Assembly (NCBI GenBank): GCA_030765335.1
Contig: JAVCCU010000008.1
Span: forward strand, 3 to 64,002
DNA from: Candidatus Kaelpia aquatica
GTDB lineage: Bacteria; Omnitrophota; Gorgyraeia; Kaelpiales; Kaelpiaceae
Direction: 5' to 3'
DNA length: 64,000 nt
The translations under genes were made by a program, and so were the position numbers. This document shows, piece by piece, positions 36,862-46,124 of the stretch (position 1 is the stretch's first letter; every line of letters begins with the position of its first letter). The notes beneath the pieces were generated by a model, which did not search any database, had not been told where the DNA came from, and saw only the letters and a list, made by a program, of their open reading frames with translations.

Positions 36862-38358
36862 TTAAAAATAGATATCTCTCTGACCATCTCTTATTTTTTC
36901 ATAATAACATATAAAATCATCATAGACTTTGGGCATCTGAGCCTTGACCTCTTCGATCTCTTTTTCAATAACTGGTAGTGCTGTTTTTTTTGTTTCGACA
37001 GAGGCAAAATCATCCAGCCACTCCCTAAAAGTCAAAACTGCATTAAGCTTGCAGAACTTTCCCTCTTGGCCTGATCTTAGGAGCTGCATAATGTTTTTTC
37101 CTGTCCGTCCGCAGCGATAACCGGCAGTACAGAAAGATGTGATATATCCCATCTGAGCAAACTCTCTTATCACCTCATCTAAAGACCTAGTATCTCCAAG
37201 ATAGAACTGCTGCCTGCTGCCTTCCTGCTCTGCATAGCAATCGCTATAAGCACCTATTCCTATGCGAGTTGAGGCATCGGTCTGAGTAATGCCAAGCCTT
37301 AAAGCATCACGTCTCATTTGAGCACTCTCCCGGGCTGTTATAATCATACCTGTATAAGGCACAGCGAGACGGATAACGATAATCAGCTTCTTGAAATCCC
37401 GATCTGAGACCTTATAGTTTGAACTCTCAATAAAAGGAGTATCTTTGGCCGGCTCAAGCCGTGGAAATGATATCGTATGAGCTCCTATGCCAAATTTGCT
37501 CTCTAAATCCAAAGTGTGAGAAAGAAGGCCCAGAACCTCAAACTTCCAATCATAGAGTCCGAATAATACTCCCAAGCCGACATCATCAATCCCTGCTTCC
37601 ATCGCTCGGTGCAAACAATACAGCCTCCAAGAATAATCACCTTTGATAGTACCTTCGGGGTGAACCTTACTATAAGTAGGGTGGTGGTAGGTCTCCTGAA
37701 AAACCTGATAGGTTCCAATGCCAACATCATGGAGCTTCTTTAAATCAGAGGTTGAAAGAGGAGCCGCATTAACATTGACACGCCGTATGGATCCATATCC
37801 ATGTTTAGTTTTAGCCTTAATACTATAGATCGCAGCTATGCTCTCTTCCATGTAGTCTATATCAGTCTTGGGGTGCTCTCCATAGACAGCTATCAGTCTC
37901 TTATGACCAATCTCACCCGCTAAAACCTCTGTCTCTTTGATAACCTCTTCTTTGGTTAAAACTCTACGCTTAGCAAAATTATTGGATTTACGAAACCCGC
38001 AGTAGAGGCAGTCATTCACGCATAAGTTAGACATATAGAGTGGTGCAAAAGTGACGATTCTATTATCATAGACTCTCTTTTTTACTTTTAAAGCAGCGTC
38101 CTCCATCATGGCCCAAATATCTTCATCCTCTACATTTAAAAGGTAGGCAGTCTGATCTAAAGATAGGGTCTTAATCTCAAGAGACTCTGCAATAATATCC
38201 TCTATGATCTTTTTATCAGCATTTTTATTTTCAGTTATCTTATTCTCAATAAATTCATCATCTATAAAATCCTTGTTGTCTTTTAAAAACTTAGTTACCT
38301 CATCTCTCTTAATTTTATTATCTATCCAACTCTTGGTGTCATCACTATGCACTCTCAT
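36862..38358 (-). CDS. hydG: [FeFe]-hydrogenase maturase HydG (radical SAM tyrosine lyase, ThiH/HydG family).
   Basis: 498 aa ORF with a radical-SAM motif CVNDCLYCGF. The HydG-specific C-terminal auxiliary-cluster motif is present (FCTAGYRCGRTGKNIMQ...C). Confidence 0.8.
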   Translation of the reverse strand: MRVHSDDTKSWIDNKIKRDEVTKFLKDNKDFIDDEFIENKITENKNADKKIIEDIIAESLEIKTLSLDQTAYLLNVEDEDIWAMMEDAALKVKKRVYDNRIVTFAPLYMSNLCVNDCLYCGFRKSNNFAKRRVLTKEEVIKETEVLAGEIGHKRLIAVYGEHPKTDIDYMEESIAAIYSIKAKTKHGYGSIRRVNVNAAPLSTSDLKKLHDVGIGTYQVFQETYHHPTYSKVHPEGTIKGDYSWRLYCLHRAMEAGIDDVGLGVLFGLYDWKFEVLGLLSHTLDLESKFGIGAHTISFPRLEPAKDTPFIESSNYKVSDRDFKKLIIVIRLAVPYTGMIITARESAQMRRDALRLGITQTDASTRIGIGAYSDCYAEQEGSRQQFYLGDTRSLDEVIREFAQMGYITSFCTAGYRCGRTGKNIMQLLRSGQEGKFCKLNAVLTFREWLDDFASVETKKTALPVIEKEIEEVKAQMPKVYDDFICYYEKIRDGQRDIYF

Positions 38359-39607
38359 TTCTAGCCTCCTCTCTATACTTCTTAAACAACTCTTTTGCTT
38401 CAGGTATGGGCGAAAGAATCCGCTCTAATACGCCTTTTAAATAAGATATAACAATACCATAATTAGTAATGGCTACCTTTTTTTCAATTGCCGCTTGAAT
38501 GCGGCTAAGCATCTCATGCCGCGTTATCATACAACCGCCACAATGGATAATAAGCTTATAGTCACAGAGATTATCAGGGTAGTCTCTGCCGGCAGTACTA
38601 TTCCACTTAAGATCAAAACCTAGATAATTTTTTAGCCAGCAAGGCAGTTTTACTCTTCCAATATCATCTTCTATTGGATGATGAGAACATGCTTCAGCTA
38701 TCAACACCTTGTCTTCCGGCCCTATCTTATCCACCATAAAGACACCTTTAATCTCCTCTGCTATATCCCCCTTATAGCGCGCAAAGAGAGTAGAAAAAGT
38801 CGTAGCATTGATATCTGGCGGAGTATTTTCAATCATAAAATCTACAACCTGAGAGTCACAGACAACTATATCCGGCTTTCTCTTGAGGCTATTCAAAACT
38901 TGCTTGTATTCACTCTCTTTAACAACCACAACCGCCTGATCTCCGTCTAGAGCATCCCTTATTGTTTGAACCTGAGGCAATATAATTCTTCCCTTAGGAG
39001 CCTCTAGGTCAATGGGGATTATCAAAACTGCAATTCCACCCTTAGGCATTAGATCGCTTATTATAGGCGATGGGTTGCGAAAATCTTCCGGAGATAACTC
39101 TAATATTTTTTCCTTAAAGAGATTGACATAACTATCACGGCTCTTTAAATCTGTGCTGACAATAAGCTGATACTCTTCACGTTTGGCCGCTATTAAATTT
39201 AGAAACTTCTCTGTTGGAGGTTTGATATCTATTTTATTTACAACTATGATAACAGGCCTGGATCTCTTTTTAGCCTCTTTGATTATTCTCTGCTCATAAT
39301 CGCTCCAAATATCAGCCTCTACCAGTAGAACTATTATCTCTGAGCGATCAAATATCTTCTCTGTCTTCTTCACTCTCTTCTCGCCCAAAGAAGAGCTGTC
39401 ATCTAAACCTGCTGTATCCAAAAATACAACTGGGCCAACAGGAAGAAGCTCCATGGTTTTCTCAACAACATCAGTCGTTGTTCCAGGGAGATCAGATGTT
39501 ATAGATACATCCTGGCCGCTAACCATATTTAGAAAACTTGATTTTCCAACATTCATACGGCCAAATATTCCGATCTGAAGTCTTAGAGATTTAGGTGTAG
39601 TCTTCAT
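38345..39607 (-). CDS. hydF: [FeFe]-hydrogenase maturation GTPase HydF.
   Basis: 420 aa ORF with an N-terminal GTPase domain (G1 GRMNVGKSS, G3 DTAG, G4 NKID). The C-terminal cluster-binding domain has CxHx(n)HCxxC-like residues (ACSHHP ... HCGGCM). It overlaps hydG by 14 nt. Confidence 0.8.
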   Translation of the reverse strand: MKTTPKSLRLQIGIFGRMNVGKSSFLNMVSGQDVSITSDLPGTTTDVVEKTMELLPVGPVVFLDTAGLDDSSSLGEKRVKKTEKIFDRSEIIVLLVEADIWSDYEQRIIKEAKKRSRPVIIVVNKIDIKPPTEKFLNLIAAKREEYQLIVSTDLKSRDSYVNLFKEKILELSPEDFRNPSPIISDLMPKGGIAVLIIPIDLEAPKGRIILPQVQTIRDALDGDQAVVVVKESEYKQVLNSLKRKPDIVVCDSQVVDFMIENTPPDINATTFSTLFARYKGDIAEEIKGVFMVDKIGPEDKVLIAEACSHHPIEDDIGRVKLPCWLKNYLGFDLKWNSTAGRDYPDNLCDYKLIIHCGGCMITRHEMLSRIQAAIEKKVAITNYGIVISYLKGVLERILSPIPEAKELFKKYREEARNESA

Positions 39608-39861
39608 GTGCTCTTTTCTTTGCTTAGGGCAGACTTGACAGAGACCCCTTCTATTTTGCCAAGCTTTCCCGTTATAGCGCCAAATTCATCAGTGGTGGCA
39701 TCTACAATAAGTGTTATAACAGAGCATCTCTTCTCTTTATAGGGCAACCCTATGCGCCCAACAATAGCCTCGGCAAATTCAGATAGCACCTGGTTGACAG
39801 ATTGAGCCTGCACTTCTCTATCCTCTAAAATAATCCCTACAAATCCAAGCCTTTTATCCAT
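39604..39861 (-). CDS. TM1266-family small ACT-like protein (putative iron-only hydrogenase system regulator).
   Basis: 85 aa ORF. Its size and its position, immediately upstream of and overlapping hydF by 4 nt, are typical of the TM1266 family that accompanies hydE/F/G. Its GIILEDRE ... SVITLIVD pattern resembles ACT/NikR-C-like folds. Confidence 0.55.
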   Translation of the reverse strand: MDKRLGFVGIILEDREVQAQSVNQVLSEFAEAIVGRIGLPYKEKRCSVITLIVDATTDEFGAITGKLGKIEGVSVKSALSKEKST

Positions 39862-40174
39862 CTCAACCTCCTTATAAAAAAATAACCGGTCTAGAATAAG
39901 GCCGGGATAAAATACTACTATTATTATCCTTGGCCTTAGACTATCTCCTTAACCTCAGAGAGAACAAAAATTAAACTATATTCTCAGCAACTACTCTTAA
40001 AAGAACTTTTGGTTCAAGAGGTTTCTCTAAGACCTCCCTAGCTGACAAACTTTATTATACACTGCTTTATTACACCTATTTAATATAACTAATAGGAGTA
40101 AATATAACATAACGTAGAGAAGTGCGGCAAGTAAAATTGTAGGTTTTCACATAAAAAGATAGAATTTAAAAGGA

Positions 40175-40429
40175 CTACTTAAGAGGAAATATAAGAGCTA
40201 ATGAAAACTGAGGATCGAGAGCCTCAAACTTCATTCCTTTTCTTATTGCTTCCAGCTTATCATTTAAGGCTTTTGTCTTCAACCAGCGTGAAAAGGCATC
40301 AAGGAAGGCATCTTCTGCCTCGTGGGCAAGGATATCTCGTTCATATTCCTGAAAATCTTCAAAAAACTCTTCGAACTTGCTGTTTGAGTTTTCGTTGCCC
40401 GATAATGTCTTTTTGTCTTTCATTTTCAT
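40175..40429 (-). CDS. Small acidic hypothetical protein.
   Basis: 84 aa ORF, highly charged (EEFFEDFQEYERDILAHEAEDAF), with no recognisable motif. Coding status is uncertain. Confidence 0.25.
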   Translation of the reverse strand: MKMKDKKTLSGNENSNSKFEEFFEDFQEYERDILAHEAEDAFLDAFSRWLKTKALNDKLEAIRKGMKFEALDPQFSLALIFPLK

Positions 40430-40509
40430 ATCCTCACTCTTCTAATATAATTATAACATAAAAAATACTTTTGTCAAGTTTTTAGATAGTAATTATTCAA
40501 AGACTGTTC

Positions 40510-41442
40510 TTATTGAGTTTTAAGCCAATCTTGTAATATCTGCCAATGATCAAAAGCAAAATCTTCTTTAGGGGGGATCTCATCTAACAAGCACTGCTTT
40601 ATAGCTTTGGCATCACTGCCTGCTTTAGGTAAACCTTCCGCCTCTACTATAAAGACTGTGGTTACAGTATGAAACCTAGGGTCTCTCTCTGCGGCCGAAT
40701 AGGTGTAGAACTGCCTTAATTCTACCACTCTTAAAGAGGTCTCCTCTTGGACTTCACGCCTAATACAATCTTCAAGAGATTCGCCATACTCTAGGAATCC
40801 TCCAGGAAGAGCAAGGCCATAGGGAGAGTTCTCCCTCTCTATAAGAAGAATCTTGCTGCCCTCTATAAGAATGATTGCATCTGCTGTAGGTATTGGAATC
40901 TGAGCTAGTTTTCTTAATTGATAACCATAATAAGATAAAAAACTCTCTTTAAATTCTACGTATGCCGACTTAGTTTTAAACGAAAAAATAATCCTCTTAA
41001 GTGAACTACATTTTTGAGTATGACTTAAAATTTCATTAACCATTATCTTGGCAGCTTTTTTAAGCGGAAATCCTCCTGTACCGCAACCTAGGGCAGGCAC
41101 TGCAATACTCTTAAAGCTTCTCTCTTTTGCAAGATTTAAAGCACTATTGAAAGATCTCCTTATAATGTCCTGGTCTGTTTTAAAATCCATCTTCATAGTT
41201 GCTGAATGTATTACCCAATCTGATTTTAGCCGACCTCCGGATGTTACTACAGAGTCACCCAGGCCAATAGGAGCCAGTCTAAGAGCCTCTCTCTCTATTT
41301 CATTTCCAGCTTTTCTTTTGATAGTAAGAGCCAATCCTCCACCCATGACTAACTCTGTATTTGCAGGATTGATAATAGCATCAACCCTTAAAGTAGTGAT
41401 GTCTTCATTTCTAAATTCAATCTCTAAATTATTAATCTTCAT
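40510..41442 (-). CDS. Macro domain - NUDIX hydrolase fusion protein (ADP-ribose / O-acetyl-ADP-ribose processing).
   Basis: The N-terminal ~170 aa form a Macro domain (VDAIINPANTELVMGGGLALTIKRKAG, VVTSGG, ALGCGTGG). The C-terminal ~140 aa form a NUDIX fold with the Nudix box GGFLEYGESLEDCIRREVQEETSL. Confidence 0.75.
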   Translation of the reverse strand: MKINNLEIEFRNEDITTLRVDAIINPANTELVMGGGLALTIKRKAGNEIEREALRLAPIGLGDSVVTSGGRLKSDWVIHSATMKMDFKTDQDIIRRSFNSALNLAKERSFKSIAVPALGCGTGGFPLKKAAKIMVNEILSHTQKCSSLKRIIFSFKTKSAYVEFKESFLSYYGYQLRKLAQIPIPTADAIILIEGSKILLIERENSPYGLALPGGFLEYGESLEDCIRREVQEETSLRVVELRQFYTYSAAERDPRFHTVTTVFIVEAEGLPKAGSDAKAIKQCLLDEIPPKEDFAFDHWQILQDWLKTQ

Positions 41443-41576
41443 AATTTTTTAATTTACTATCTGCTTTACCAGTATAGATCTCTTTCTCACTAGATGCTGT
41501 CATATAGATAGGGAGCCTCCTTAAAGAATAATTCTTGCTAATAAATTAGCTATTTAAAAAATGAGTATCAAAACAA

Positions 41577-41753
41577 CTACTGAGATTTTCTGAGGAGATG
41601 GATAAGAGAGACGGCTATTGAAATCAAGAGAAGAGTATTGGCAAACTCTAACCAGATCTCGTAATCTCCGGCTGCTACGGTTCGAAACTTTACTATTATT
41701 GCACCAGCAAAGAGTAGAATCCCAACCCAAGTTATTAATGCTATATGTCTCAT
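41577..41753 (-). CDS. Possible 58-aa two-helix membrane peptide (not in the supplied ORF track; found by manual translation).
   Basis: ATG at 41753 to TAG at 41577 encodes MRHIALITWVGILLFAGAIIVKFRTVAAGDYEIWLEFANTLLLISIAVSLIHLLRKSQ. It lies 7 nt downstream of the DUF4870 gene and has a hydrophobic-helix composition. Confidence 0.25.
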   Translation of the reverse strand: MRHIALITWVGILLFAGAIIVKFRTVAAGDYEIWLEFANTLLLISIAVSLIHLLRKSQ

Positions 41754-41759
41754 ATTAAA

Positions 41760-42095
41760 TCAGATATTGATTTTCTCAGCCACTGGATATATATAGGGCA
41801 TCTTCCAATACTGGCCCATAAGAACTTGGATTATCCCGATTACAGAGGCTACACTGAAGACCAAGATAGCCAAAAATTGAACTATAGTACCAAAGAAAGG
41901 TACAACAGAGAGAACAGCCGCCAAAACTTCACCAATAAATATGATCAGCCCTTGCTTAGCATGAAAAAATGCAAATCTATTATCTTTTTTTAAAAAGAGA
42001 GGTACAAAACAGAGAAAGGATATATAAGCAAAGATCGCAAATAATCTGCCTTCTTCAATCTCTCTATCAACATCCAGAATCTCTTTATCTTCCAC
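41760..42095 (-). CDS. DUF4870-family small membrane protein.
   Basis: 111 aa ORF with the conserved FFHAKQGL motif between two TM segments. Confidence 0.5.
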   Translation of the reverse strand: MEDKEILDVDREIEEGRLFAIFAYISFLCFVPLFLKKDNRFAFFHAKQGLIIFIGEVLAAVLSVVPFFGTIVQFLAILVFSVASVIGIIQVLMGQYWKMPYIYPVAEKINI

Positions 42096-42163
42096 AGTAT
42101 TCCTCCTTGATTATTCTCTGAAAAATAATAACAGATAAGGCAGACTGCGTCAAGATGTAGCGT

Positions 42164-45100
42164 TTAACAGCTTGCCACCGACTCTTCTGTTTTGTGAAAC
42201 TTTACAGACACGATCTTTGATATTCCAGTATTCTCCATAGTTATACCATAGATGATATCAGCTGTTGAGATAGTACGCTTATTATGGGTTATGACCAAGA
42301 ACTGGGATAGTCGAGAGAACTCTTCTAGCATCTTTCTATATCTGTCGATATTCGATTCATCTAGCGGAGCATCAACCTCATCAAGAATACAAAACGGAGA
42401 AGGCTTAGACTGAAAAATAGCAAACAACAATGACAGAGCAGTAAGCGCTTTCTCTCCGCCTGAAAGCAAGCTAACACCTTGGAGTTTCTTGCCTGGAGGT
42501 CTAGCCAATATTTCAATTCCAGCCTCAAGACAATCTATACCTTCTTCTAAAACAAGATCTGCATCTCCGCCGCCAAATAGACGCGGGAAGATCTCTTTAA
42601 AAGATGCTCTAACTTGCTGAAATGTTCCCGAAAACATATCACGCGTAGTCTTATTTATCTTTCTAATGGCAGCCTGCAGAGACTCTTTCGCTTCCAGGAG
42701 ATCTCTCTCTTGATTCTCAAGAAATATCGAACGCTCTTTTAGGCTCTTATGTTCCTCTATAGCAACAAGATTGACCTCACCCATTCTTTCCAATTTTCCC
42801 TGAAGATCTTTTAACTCTTCCTCTACAGCCCCTATCTCTACTTCACCTTCAACTTCATCTGGAATATCAGTTATACCATAGACCTGATTAAGTCTCTCTC
42901 TTATGCTTTTAATCCTATACTCTTCTTCGTTCATGTTCAAATCCAGACTGTGAGCTTCATCTTTATAAGCAGCATATTCATTTCTTAACTTTATAAGCTC
43001 ATCCTCTTCTCTCTCAAACTGGGACTTTAAATCTTCATATTTACTTTTATCTTGAGTCAATCTTCCAGCGCCCTCCTCTAACTTGACCTTTAAGTCTTCG
43101 TTCTCACCTCTAAGGCGAGATACCTCATCTTCTAACTGACCTATCTTAATACCAATCTCTACCTGCTCATTCTCTCTCTTCTGCTTATCTATATTTAAAT
43201 TCTGCAGTTCTATCTCAACAGATTTGTATATATCGTCGTATTTCTGTTTTCTCTCTATGTAAGATGCCTCTTTGGTCTCAAGTTGAGCCAGTCCTATAGA
43301 AAGCTCATGCTTCCTATCAATAAGCTTAGCCTGACTATCCTGCAAAGATAATAACCTCTCCTCGTCCTTTTTGATTTTAGCCCCGGACTCATTAAGCTCT
43401 GTTTTCAATCTATCCCTGCGCGATGCATCGCTGCTAAGTTGAGCTTCTATATCCTCTATATCTAAATTTAATACTTCCTGCTCTTGAGATAGTCTCTCTC
43501 TATTAGCCTGCCCTGACTCTAAGGTTTTCTTTAGACCGATAAGATGATCGTTTAATCCGGATTTTCTGACTTCAAAATCAGAGAGCTTATCAGTTACCTG
43601 AGAATATTTTTTTTCTGACTCTACTATGCGAACTGATACTTCTTCTAGACTCTTTTTGAGTATCTCAATCTCTTCTTTAAGTCTGCCTATCTTACCATCC
43701 CTATCTAATAATCCTAAATCCTTAGTAGGGTCAAATCCTATACCTAGAGTTGGGCCCTGAAAAGCCAGATGGCCTTGAGCTAAAAACCTATAAACCGGGT
43801 AATTAAAACTTAATTCTCTAGCCCGCTCAGAATCTTCGACATATAACACATCAGCAACTAACGAAAGGATGGCTTTTTTATCAGCATCAAGTTCTATAAA
43901 ATAAGCTATGGGAAATGTCCCTTCGATGTATTCAGAGTCTTTAAATTTTAGCTCTGAAAGAACTACGACTTCTATATCGGAGAAACCTTCACTTTTGCAA
44001 TACTTCAATATATCAACAGCAGACTCTCTCGCATTTACAACTATAGACTTTAATTTTTCACCAAAAGCAAGCTCTACCCTATCTACATATTCCGGAGCCA
44101 CTCTTATAATATCAGATACCCTGCCCAATACCAGATCTGGAAATCTATTTGCCACAGCCTTAGTCCCTTCGGAATAGCCTAAACCTTTAGAATAGATTTC
44201 AAGCCAGCTATCGAGCCTGGCTTCGTAGTTGGCAGATTTTTTCTCTAAATTAACTTTATCAGCCGTTAAAGATTCTCTCCCTCTCTCAATGGTAGTCTTA
44301 TCATTAAAGATGCCGTCCAATTCATTTTTCAAGATACCGAGCTCTTGATCCTTATCTCTAAGCTCTAGCTCTAATTTCTCCAGCTTAAAGTTCTGCTCCT
44401 CTAAAGTAAGGATTATACCACTGCGATTCTCTTTTAATCTCTCAATGCGTATTCTAAGAGATTTAAGTTCACTTTCAAGCTCTAGAAGCAGGTTGTTCTT
44501 TTGTGTAAACTCATAATTGTATTCTAATATCTTGGACTTTACCCCCTCTATCTCTTCCTTAATCTCGCTCTCTTCTATAGCTATGCTTTCAACCTCTCTC
44601 TTCTTATCGCCTATACCCCGATCTAGGACCTCGCCTTCTTGGTCAAAAGAATCCCTCTCTCCTCTTAACTCTGTCATCTTGCTCTGAGAGAGATTGATCC
44701 TGACTACAATATCTTCAAGCTCCTGCCTTAATATATCTATTCTCTCTTTAATCTCTTCTATAACCTGATTATTCCATTCTATCCTCTCTTTGTTTCTCTG
44801 CTGCCTAGAAGAAGCATCCCTTAATATATTCTCTTCTTGAGCTATCTTCTCAGAAGATTCAGATATATCGCCTCTCAATGCCTTCGCCAAAGACTCTTTA
44901 GATTCCAAGAGTCTCTGCATCTTGCTGGAGTCTTCATTAAACATATTTTTCTTGGACGAAAAAGAAGAGATTGAACCCTTATAAGCTTTTATTTTAGCCG
45001 CAGCTAAGATAAGCTCCTTGCTTTTTATATCCTCATAAACAATTTTATAATTCTCTGCCTTACGCGCCTGCCTCTCTAGAGAGGATATCTGACGTCTAAT

Positions 45101-45691
45101 CTCTGAAATAATGTCAGAGACACGCAAGAGATTGTTCTCTGTATGTTCTAATTTACGTAAAGCTTCTTTCTTTTTATTCTTAAAGCGTGTTATCCCGCTT
45201 GCCTCTTCAAATACATACCTTCTCTCATCAGGTTTTGAACTTACTATAAGATCCATCTTACCCTGCTCCATAAGAGAATAGGCTTTTGTACCTATTCCAG
45301 TGCCAGCAATAAGATCCTGGACATCTTTTAATCTAACAGGAGCCATATTAATCAGATAATCACTATCGCCTGTTCTAAACAATCTTCTGGATATAGTAAC
45401 TTCACTAAAATCTATAGGAAGTTTGCCGCTTTCATTTGATATCTTTAAGGAGACTTCCGCAAAATTGACCTTATCAGCAAGCTCAGTCCCGTTAAATATT
45501 ACATCTTCCATAGAGCCGCCTCTAAGCTCCTTTGCACTCTGCTCACCTAAGACCCATTTCATAGCATCGACTATATTAGATTTGCCGCAACCATTGGGCC
45601 CTACAATTGCAGTAACACCTGGTTCAAACTCAAGAATGGTTTTTTCTGCAAAAGACTTAAATCCATAAATTTCTAAACTTTTAAGCAGCAT
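42164..45691 (-). CDS. smc: Chromosome partition protein Smc.
   Basis: 1175 aa ORF. The N-terminal Walker A is GPNGCGKSN, and there are long coiled-coil arms and a central hinge. The C-terminus carries the ABC signature LSGGEKALTALSLLFAIF and Walker B ILDEVDAPLD. Confidence 0.9.
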   Translation of the reverse strand: MLLKSLEIYGFKSFAEKTILEFEPGVTAIVGPNGCGKSNIVDAMKWVLGEQSAKELRGGSMEDVIFNGTELADKVNFAEVSLKISNESGKLPIDFSEVTISRRLFRTGDSDYLINMAPVRLKDVQDLIAGTGIGTKAYSLMEQGKMDLIVSSKPDERRYVFEEASGITRFKNKKKEALRKLEHTENNLLRVSDIISEIRRQISSLERQARKAENYKIVYEDIKSKELILAAAKIKAYKGSISSFSSKKNMFNEDSSKMQRLLESKESLAKALRGDISESSEKIAQEENILRDASSRQQRNKERIEWNNQVIEEIKERIDILRQELEDIVVRINLSQSKMTELRGERDSFDQEGEVLDRGIGDKKREVESIAIEESEIKEEIEGVKSKILEYNYEFTQKNNLLLELESELKSLRIRIERLKENRSGIILTLEEQNFKLEKLELELRDKDQELGILKNELDGIFNDKTTIERGRESLTADKVNLEKKSANYEARLDSWLEIYSKGLGYSEGTKAVANRFPDLVLGRVSDIIRVAPEYVDRVELAFGEKLKSIVVNARESAVDILKYCKSEGFSDIEVVVLSELKFKDSEYIEGTFPIAYFIELDADKKAILSLVADVLYVEDSERARELSFNYPVYRFLAQGHLAFQGPTLGIGFDPTKDLGLLDRDGKIGRLKEEIEILKKSLEEVSVRIVESEKKYSQVTDKLSDFEVRKSGLNDHLIGLKKTLESGQANRERLSQEQEVLNLDIEDIEAQLSSDASRRDRLKTELNESGAKIKKDEERLLSLQDSQAKLIDRKHELSIGLAQLETKEASYIERKQKYDDIYKSVEIELQNLNIDKQKRENEQVEIGIKIGQLEDEVSRLRGENEDLKVKLEEGAGRLTQDKSKYEDLKSQFEREEDELIKLRNEYAAYKDEAHSLDLNMNEEEYRIKSIRERLNQVYGITDIPDEVEGEVEIGAVEEELKDLQGKLERMGEVNLVAIEEHKSLKERSIFLENQERDLLEAKESLQAAIRKINKTTRDMFSGTFQQVRASFKEIFPRLFGGGDADLVLEEGIDCLEAGIEILARPPGKKLQGVSLLSGGEKALTALSLLFAIFQSKPSPFCILDEVDAPLDESNIDRYRKMLEEFSRLSQFLVITHNKRTISTADIIYGITMENTGISKIVSVKFHKTEESVASC

Positions 45692-45756
45692 AGATATAGC
45701 ATATAATAAACTAAGTTAAATTTCAATCTTATCTCACCATCTAAATAAGGAGGTGT

Positions 45757-46122
45757 TTGATGGGTCTTTTCTTAATCTGCAGTTTGATCGGCTTAGGAGG
45801 CGGAATATTGAGCGGGGTTTTAGGCATAGGAGGTGCAACGATTATCATCCCTGCCTTGATATATTTTCTGAAATTCAATCAACATCTGGCTCAGGGTACA
45901 ACCCTTGCTCTTATGGTTCTACCTATTGGACTGCTTGCAGCCTGGACATATTTTAAATCCGGACATGTAGATCTTAAAGTTGCAGCTCTAATATGCATTG
46001 GATTTTTAATCGGAGGACTAATCGGTGCTAAGATAGCAGTCTCTATGCCTCAGGAAGCTCTGGGCAGGATTTTTGGAATAGTACTCTTGCTCCTGGGAGC
46101 AAAGATGGCTCTTGGAATATGA
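45757..46122 (+). CDS. Half-size TSUP (TauE/SafE) family membrane protein (single 4-TM repeat).
   Basis: 121 aa ORF with four TM helices and Gly-rich TSUP-like motifs (GGGILSGVLGIGGATIIIPAL). Confidence 0.45.
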   Translation: MMGLFLICSLIGLGGGILSGVLGIGGATIIIPALIYFLKFNQHLAQGTTLALMVLPIGLLAAWTYFKSGHVDLKVAALICIGFLIGGLIGAKIAVSMPQEALGRIFGIVLLLLGAKMALGI

Positions 46123-46124
46123 TA

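Noticed and set aside
43908-44177. Antisense ORFs inside smc, and many similar 60-130 aa ORFs opposite long genes (for example 5051..5278, 24428..24772, 41048..41452, 55993..56409 and 59234..59599).
   Set aside because: Each is fully embedded antisense in a strongly supported conserved CDS. Their composition is low-complexity and Ser/Leu/Pro-rich, typical of shadow ORFs.
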